A stretch of 64,000 nt of DNA, taken from Salisapilia sapeloensis CBS 127946. Taxonomy: Eukaryota > Protista > Oomycota. The DNA lies in the NCBI GenBank assembly GCA_023334545.1, contig JAADVB010000005.1:112279-176278 (forward strand). The letters are read 5' to 3'. The notes under the pieces were generated by a model, which was not told the DNA's origin, made no database searches, and saw only the letters and a list, made by a program, of their open reading frames with translations. Of the stretch, positions 36,413 through 42,699 are shown in pieces. Every line of letters begins with the position of its first letter. Position 1 is the first letter of the stretch. A program made the position numbers and the translations under genes.

Positions 36413-37774
36413 TTACACGTTGGGCGTAGGTAGATCAGCGTCCAATTCAGCCTTGAAACCTGCGTCTTCCACTGCTTGCACCAGACTCTCCGGTGTCGCT
36501 TGTCCGGCCGCATACGCACAGCCGTCTTCAAAGTCGACGTACGCTCGCGTGACGCCAGGTGTGCTCTTCAGTGCATTCTCCACTGTCGTTCCGCAGTTGG
36601 CCATGCACATCATGCCTTCCACATGCAGACGGACGGTCGAAGGATCATGGAAGCGCCATGCACCGCGTTCTTTTGACACGTCCTTGTCGAGACTCTTGAA
36701 CAGGACGAAGCCTGCGCCAAAGCCGAGGATCAACGCGATGAAGAGACCAGACTCGTAGATCATGACCACGAGCATGGCAAAGTAGGCAACAGTCATTTGA
36801 ATCATATAGAGCAACGCCAACAGAGCTTTGCTCTGGTACTTGAACGCTTTGTTCGAACGTCGTTTCCGGCGTGCTTCCAATACCTTTTGACGCACTTGTT
36901 CTCGCATACGGACGAGGTATTCGTTGAAAAGGGCGATGAGGAAGCATCCAATGAAACCAAATACGTATTTGAGTTGGGAATCGAGGACCCAAGACTGGAA
37001 GAAGAGCATGACACAACTGCCATTGATCGTCGACTGGAAGCCATTGAACATGACGGAGCCAGCACCGGAGCAAAAGTCACTGTCAGTAGATTCCGTCGTC
37101 GTTGCTGCAGACGTGTCCTCCTTCGAATTGTCCTCCGTCGTAGACTCGGAGGTCTCTGGTTCAAATTGGAATTCAGACGCTTGCGTACTCAGTTTTGTAA
37201 TCTCTTCGGCATCCTTACACGGAGATCCTTCACATATAACTTCATCCACCAAGTATCGAGGTTCTTTTACGACATTGCTCAAGTACTTATCACGCGATTT
37301 ATCGGATCCAAAGTAGATCTTCTGACCTTTTTTCAGACAAATGGAAGAGTATTTGTCTTCCGATATGGGTTCACCTGACACGGGGCATTTGATCCCTTCG
37401 GAACATTTGCCACAACCGTCTTCACAGTCGTATTCTTCCGATCCTTTGTTCACGATAAACTCGGCCATGTTGGCAGCTACGTACGACGTGTCGGTCGATT
37501 TATGGTCATAGTCCGCGAAAGATCGAGGGGCCATGCCACAAGTGTAGATGCGTTGACCGTGGTCCATTTGCACATAGTTTTCGTTGTCATAGCCGGAACT
37601 CATGGTGTTCATGCCACATGCTGGACACCGATACTCGTCGCTCGGGGAAGTGGACCCCATGTCCATATCCATATCCATACTCATATCCATATCCATTTGC
37701 ATAACATGTATGCCGTGCATACCATGGGCCACGACGGACCCAGCGAATAACGCAGCGAGCACCAACGACCTCAT
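36413..37774 (-). CDS. Ctr-family copper transporter with signal peptide, His/Met-rich tract, two YHS/TRASH-like Cys modules and C-terminal HMA domain
   Basis: MxxxM (AMLVVMIY) and GxxxG (GFGAG) in TM2/TM3; pre-TM1 Met in SVMFNGF; HMA LHVEGMMCMANCGTTVENAL...VEDAGF. Confidence 0.9.
   Translation of the reverse strand: MRSLVLAALFAGSVVAHGMHGIHVMQMDMDMSMDMDMDMGSTSPSDEYRCPACGMNTMSSGYDNENYVQMDHGQRIYTCGMAPRSFADYDHKSTDTSYVAANMAEFIVNKGSEEYDCEDGCGKCSEGIKCPVSGEPISEDKYSSICLKKGQKIYFGSDKSRDKYLSNVVKEPRYLVDEVICEGSPCKDAEEITKLSTQASEFQFEPETSESTTEDNSKEDTSAATTTESTDSDFCSGAGSVMFNGFQSTINGSCVMLFFQSWVLDSQLKYVFGFIGCFLIALFNEYLVRMREQVRQKVLEARRKRRSNKAFKYQSKALLALLYMIQMTVAYFAMLVVMIYESGLFIALILGFGAGFVLFKSLDKDVSKERGAWRFHDPSTVRLHVEGMMCMANCGTTVENALKSTPGVTRAYVDFEDGCAYAAGQATPESLVQAVEDAGFKAELDADLPTPNV
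37658..37696 (-). repeat. Imperfect (ATGGAT)n coding microsatellite encoding MDMDMSMDMDMDM
   Basis: Direct reading: atggatatggatatgagtatggatatggatatggacatg on the minus strand. Confidence 0.9.
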
Positions 37775-37986
37775 CCCTACAAGGCAGATCAAGAAATGAC
37801 AGTTCCAAATCTCCATTAGCATCTGCCATCCGAGAAACGGCTATATGACCAAAAAAATACTTTTTATCTAATACAAGAGACTTGATAAAAAGTAGATATT
37901 TAAATGGATCCTGGGTTGTATGGTTGAATTGGAATGTTGACTGGGAATTATACACGATGTCACTATCATTTCTTCTCCGTCGCGAG
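37775..37986. promoter_or_regulatory. Bidirectional promoter between the two Ctr genes
   Basis: TCATTTCTT Inr-like motif on each strand (37791-37799 minus; 37966-37974 plus) and a central 11-bp perfect inverted repeat TACTTTTTATC-N15-GATAAAAAGTA (37858-37894). Confidence 0.65.
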
Positions 37987-38952
37987 ATGGCGGTCTTCCA
38001 TTCGAAATACTTATTTCTACTTGTCGCATGCTTCCTCCTTCTCGTCAATGGAGATGACGTTATTAAGAAAGCGACTTGTCCGATATGTGAGATGGACGTG
38101 AAGCCATACCTGAATGCATCTATCGTGGGCCACCAGCACGTCTACGCCTGTGAGATGGCGGGCCACTTGGACGGCTTGCAGAACAAACCAGAGGCCTATC
38201 TCGGTACTGTCGAGAAAATGAACCCTGCCGACGATGTCGTGTACAAGGATGCAAAGGAGATGGAATGCCCTGTTTGTGGCAAAGGCTTTGACGAGCTCCA
38301 GTACGCTGTGCATTGGAAACCGCTTGGCAATCAAAAGATCTACACTTGCTCCGAAGGACATGCTCACAAAGTCCTCGCAGATCCGGCTGCCTACGTAGCT
38401 GCGAGTGACGCTGGTGAAGGCTTCTGTAACGCTGGATCCAAGGACGCACCCAGAGGATCTGTCATGTTTAATGGTTTCCAGTTTGCTGTCGGCGACAGTG
38501 TCACGTGTGCTCTCCTCCTCTTTCAGCCATGGATCCTATCATCGACAGTCAAGTATGTTTTTGGCATCCTCGGGGTCGTCTTCCTTGCTTCCTGTATCGA
38601 AGGCACAGGATACCTTCGAGATGTTACTCAGCGCCATTTCTACCGAAAGTATAGTCGTATCACGACCTTTGCAGACTACACCGAGATGGTGTCACCTGTC
38701 GAAGACGGATCTGTTTTGAAAGAAATGCAGGTTCGCGTCGTCCAGCAACTACCGCTGTGGTGCAAACTGGTACTAGCGGCACTATACATGGTCAATCTAA
38801 CGATTGCATACTGGCTCATGCTTGTCATTATGACATACGAAGCGGCATTATTCATGGCAGTCATCGTCGGCCTCGGCCTCGGATTCTTCGTCTTTAAAGA
38901 CACGGATGGAGAGAAGATGAGTGGGAACATCGACCCTTGCTGCTCTACATAG
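37987..38952 (+). CDS. Ctr-family copper transporter paralog with signal peptide, two YHS/TRASH-like modules and C-terminal CC motif
   Basis: SVMFNGFQ, LMLVIMTY (MxxxM), GLGLG (GxxxG), terminal DPCCST*; ectodomain CPICEM..VYACE and CPVCG..KIYTCSEGH..DPAAY. Confidence 0.9.
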   Translation: MAVFHSKYLFLLVACFLLLVNGDDVIKKATCPICEMDVKPYLNASIVGHQHVYACEMAGHLDGLQNKPEAYLGTVEKMNPADDVVYKDAKEMECPVCGKGFDELQYAVHWKPLGNQKIYTCSEGHAHKVLADPAAYVAASDAGEGFCNAGSKDAPRGSVMFNGFQFAVGDSVTCALLLFQPWILSSTVKYVFGILGVVFLASCIEGTGYLRDVTQRHFYRKYSRITTFADYTEMVSPVEDGSVLKEMQVRVVQQLPLWCKLVLAALYMVNLTIAYWLMLVIMTYEAALFMAVIVGLGLGFFVFKDTDGEKMSGNIDPCCST

Positions 38953-39149
38953 TGCGTCTAAAGAAATATATGGGAGTTCAATTTTTCTTTTTCTTTTCTT
39001 TGAATAAGTACCATTGCTGTGCCATTGATCCGCAGGATGGACACAAACTTTTTTTCGACATTTTGGTCCTTTGGATCGGTCCTACCTCGTTCTACTCGCT
39101 TTCAAGAAGCTTTTACGATTGATTCTAGTGGCTGTGAATACACTTGATC

Positions 39150-40058
39150 ATGCTGTCTAGTATGTACGGAAGCTATGGCACGAACCAAGCGTTGGATGTG
39201 CCGAAAACTGTAGATTCGAACACTTTTTCCTATGCCGTGGAGGAAGGAGAGTCACTCAAGTCTATTGCATCCAAGTTCTCGACTACAAGGCAACGTCTAC
39301 GTGAACTCAATCCTCACATTGTGCTTCCACCCACAGAGACGCATAAAAATCGTAATCGTCGACTGGAAGCAGGCGACACCTTGGTCATCGACATCGTCGA
39401 CACATCTTCCTTGCCTCCTCCTCCTGACCACATAGACAATGGATGGGGTACGATACACACTGTCACGCCCCACGACACGCTTCCATCCATCGCCAAAAGA
39501 TACAACTTAACAGAACAAGAAATTCGACAAGATAATCGCCATTTCTTTCCCGTAGGGGAACGTGGTCGCCTCGTGCCTGGCGCTCAGCTTCACATTCGCG
39601 CGATCCACAAGTCGGATGATGAGACTGCAGACGCCATAGCTGTGCCAGGTGGGCGATTCACACCGACCGTCAAGTACACCAGTCACGTCGTCCAGCGTGG
39701 CGAAACGTTTGAAAGCATTTGTCAGCAGTATAACTTGACGTTCGCCAAGCTACTGGAGATCAATCGCGGGAGGTATCCGAGTGGTACGATTCAATCCAAC
39801 TTGGCCGTCGGAACGCCTCTCATCGTCCCTGACATCCACTATGTCAAACCAGAAGAAAGCAGGAGTCACGTCTCGGAAGTGAAGCTAACGAAAGAAATTT
39901 ATATCGTCGAGAGTGGTGACACACCCGAGAGTGTCATGGAAGCATTTAACATGACTTATGAAGAGCTACGAGAGTGGAATCGAGCCTACTTTCCAAAAGG
40001 TTATCGTGGACGTATATCTCCAGGTAACAAACTCGTTGTTCGAAGACGTGAAACGTAA
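39150..40058 (+). CDS. Four-LysM-domain protein, no signal peptide
   Basis: YAVEEGESLKSIASKF..LRELNP; HTVTPHDTLPSIAKRY..N; HVVQRGETFESICQQY..LLEIN; YIVESGDTPESV..LREWN. Confidence 0.88.
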   Translation: MLSSMYGSYGTNQALDVPKTVDSNTFSYAVEEGESLKSIASKFSTTRQRLRELNPHIVLPPTETHKNRNRRLEAGDTLVIDIVDTSSLPPPPDHIDNGWGTIHTVTPHDTLPSIAKRYNLTEQEIRQDNRHFFPVGERGRLVPGAQLHIRAIHKSDDETADAIAVPGGRFTPTVKYTSHVVQRGETFESICQQYNLTFAKLLEINRGRYPSGTIQSNLAVGTPLIVPDIHYVKPEESRSHVSEVKLTKEIYIVESGDTPESVMEAFNMTYEELREWNRAYFPKGYRGRISPGNKLVVRRRET

Positions 40059-40092
40059 TAAAAGTGGTAATGTTCTTGGTTAAATACGTCTT

Positions 40093-42273
40093 CTACACTT
40101 GCAATCCATCTTCATCTAGCTCTTCCAGTTCATCAAAAATATCATCCAGAGCTTCCAACCTTTTCTTAGCTTTATATTTGCGCCAAGTCCTTTGAAGACT
40201 GATGAAGAGAGATAGGAAGAAGACGCTCACGATTGCCAATAGACCTATATGACTACCAAGCCATTCAGTCATGTCGTCTAGAAGCTGGATTTCAGTCGCA
40301 AAGTCCTCCACTTTTTGTGGGATGTACAGGTCATGCATAAAGACAGAGGTCTGCTGTTTACTGTCATACGCTGCCTCTTGAACGACTGGCAAAGCATTCT
40401 CTTTCATGTGATTATCGAAGGAAGTGTCCTTCTTCAGTGGTTCCATCCCGCCTTGGAATTTTATCTCAAGTTCTGGACGATGGAGAATGTCACGCCATGC
40501 TGCAGCCATGACTTCCTGTTGTTCTGTGTTGGTGCGAAAGATGAAGTAATCAATCACACGCTGCTTTTCGTATCGAACTTCCTCTGTCTTTCGTCTGTAC
40601 CAACCTTGTAGATCCTTTATGGCAACGTCCGACGCCCAATACTCTTCCACCATACTCGACACTTTCTCCGCGTCCACTTCCTCTTTCTTCCACGCCATAG
40701 AAACAAGATCGTACATGTCTTGACACGTTTGATGCCAGTACGAAAGACTAGAGGAGAGGAGAGACAGCATAAAGGACCATACTTCCCGAAAGACAAGACT
40801 ACAAGACACAACAACGTCCTGTACACTTGCCATGACGAAAGATAGACAGCTCATCAACGTAGAGTATATGTCTACTTCAGCAAGACCTGCTACGATAGAC
40901 TGTATACTCAACACTATAGTGTCGTAAATGGTGCTAGCCCACTCGACTGCATCTTCAGGAAAGTCCCATGTGAGGACAGAAGCACTGAGGAAGGTATATA
41001 AGCGGACAGCTTCATCCCCGATGTACGCTAGACTGGTGTGGACGAATGGCGTGTAGATTGCAGCAATGATGACCAAGACACCAAACGCCATTGCTGATGC
41101 GATGCTGCATGCACTACGCCACCAACGAGAGTTCCATGATTGATACGCTTCTACTGCCATCATCTCCTGAAGTGCATCCAAACGTACGATTTCATCTGAC
41201 GTTTCAAGCGTCTCTTCAATATCTTCCAATGCTCTCGAGATATCCTGTCTAACCTCATCGTCGTCTTCATTTTCTTGAATGAGGTCACTAGAGTCTAGTG
41301 GATCATCATCTACTGCATATGACGTTTCGTCCGTAGAGCAATTGTCATCCTCCACAGTCTCCATCTCTTCCATCCGTGGTTCAGACGAATGCTCAGATGG
41401 TATCTCTTCCACCTCTTCTCTCCACTCTTGAACTGATGCTTCTTCATCCTCATTGCTATTATCCTCTTGTCCGTCTTCTTCCTCTTGTTCCGTGGTCTGT
41501 TCTACGTCTTCTACTTTCTCGCATTCACTATCGCTTGTGTGTTCCACTGGTGATTCAAAAGAGTACTCTGGGAGTATCTCTTCCTCTTCTTCTTCCTGAT
41601 CCATCCATTCTTGCATTGGTGATTCGTCATTTTCGTTGCTATTCCCGTTCTCTTCGTATCGTTCTTTGGGCTTATTTAGGTCTTGAGCTTCTTCATCTCG
41701 ACTGCGATTTGTCTGGTCTTCCTTTTGATTATTCATTTTCGCTGTCGAATGGAGACTATAGTCGATTGCGAGATCACTAAGCGTCAATCGACCTCCTTCT
41801 GCACTACTTTCGCCATGTACTGACTTGCCAACTTCACTTGCTACTAGTCTCGGAGGTTTTTCGACCCTACGACTACGTTGCAGCCTCTTGAATTCATCAA
41901 AGCGAGGCCGACGTTGAGTCTGTTTCTCCACTGGCGGAGGTGGTGGTGGCAACTCGTTCGTCCTTTTGTGTGCTGGTGATGGCCTTCGACGAGGTGCAGA
42001 GTGATATGCAGACGTCCTTGATGGCGATGGGATCTTACTCTGTCTATCCGATGACGTCGGCCTCCCATGTGCATTTTGCTGGACGGCCATGGCCTTCATC
42101 GTCGGTGGACGCATATTCGCACGTCGTTGCTCGAGCTGCTTTAACTGCGCCAACCGTCGTTCTTTATCAGACTTAGTTGTCCTCGGATCCTCGAGTTCCT
42201 GTCGGAGTTTCGAAATACGCTGTTGCTCTCGCTCTTGTCGCCAATGAAAGAGCTGCTGCTCCTTGTCGGACAT
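40093..42273 (-). CDS. Hypothetical membrane protein: basic/coiled N-terminus, long acidic tract, several TM segments
   Basis: Intronless ORF of about 726 aa; hydrophobic segments AMAFGVLVIIAAIY and IGLLAIVSVFFLSLFISL. Confidence 0.7.
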   Translation of the reverse strand: MSDKEQQLFHWRQEREQQRISKLRQELEDPRTTKSDKERRLAQLKQLEQRRANMRPPTMKAMAVQQNAHGRPTSSDRQSKIPSPSRTSAYHSAPRRRPSPAHKRTNELPPPPPPVEKQTQRRPRFDEFKRLQRSRRVEKPPRLVASEVGKSVHGESSAEGGRLTLSDLAIDYSLHSTAKMNNQKEDQTNRSRDEEAQDLNKPKERYEENGNSNENDESPMQEWMDQEEEEEEILPEYSFESPVEHTSDSECEKVEDVEQTTEQEEEDGQEDNSNEDEEASVQEWREEVEEIPSEHSSEPRMEEMETVEDDNCSTDETSYAVDDDPLDSSDLIQENEDDDEVRQDISRALEDIEETLETSDEIVRLDALQEMMAVEAYQSWNSRWWRSACSIASAMAFGVLVIIAAIYTPFVHTSLAYIGDEAVRLYTFLSASVLTWDFPEDAVEWASTIYDTIVLSIQSIVAGLAEVDIYSTLMSCLSFVMASVQDVVVSCSLVFREVWSFMLSLLSSSLSYWHQTCQDMYDLVSMAWKKEEVDAEKVSSMVEEYWASDVAIKDLQGWYRRKTEEVRYEKQRVIDYFIFRTNTEQQEVMAAAWRDILHRPELEIKFQGGMEPLKKDTSFDNHMKENALPVVQEAAYDSKQQTSVFMHDLYIPQKVEDFATEIQLLDDMTEWLGSHIGLLAIVSVFFLSLFISLQRTWRKYKAKKRLEALDDIFDELEELDEDGLQV

Positions 42274-42699
42274 GATCACACCGGATGCACGAAACGAGTA
42301 CAAAAGGCGCGAAAAGACGAATTCATAGGCTTTTTGTATACAACTGCAAGGTCAAGTCCACCACCTGATAGTGTCCATTGTCTATAAAGTAGAATCCACA
42401 TGTCTTATTAGTAGAATGGAACAGAGCTACTTATATCAGCGACATCAAGAGCGGATGATGACTGTGTAGACTTATGTAATAGTCAATGTGCTCTATACAT
42501 GACATATTGATGGCATTTCAAGTGCATTGTGGCTTGAAACAGTGAAAAAGATGTGACTTGGAGAGTAAGCACGTGATGGCATCCACTACGAGTGCCAAAG
42601 ATACGCACAGCGGTGTACAGACTTCACTGACACCATCGTCTGCGTTTCCTATGTTTCCAGTCGCTACTTTGCACATTCGCAAACATCCTCGAGGGAGCA

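Noticed and set aside
36413-40058. Including the LysM gene in the copper module
   Set aside because: It is adjacent only; no shared motif or functional link is visible.
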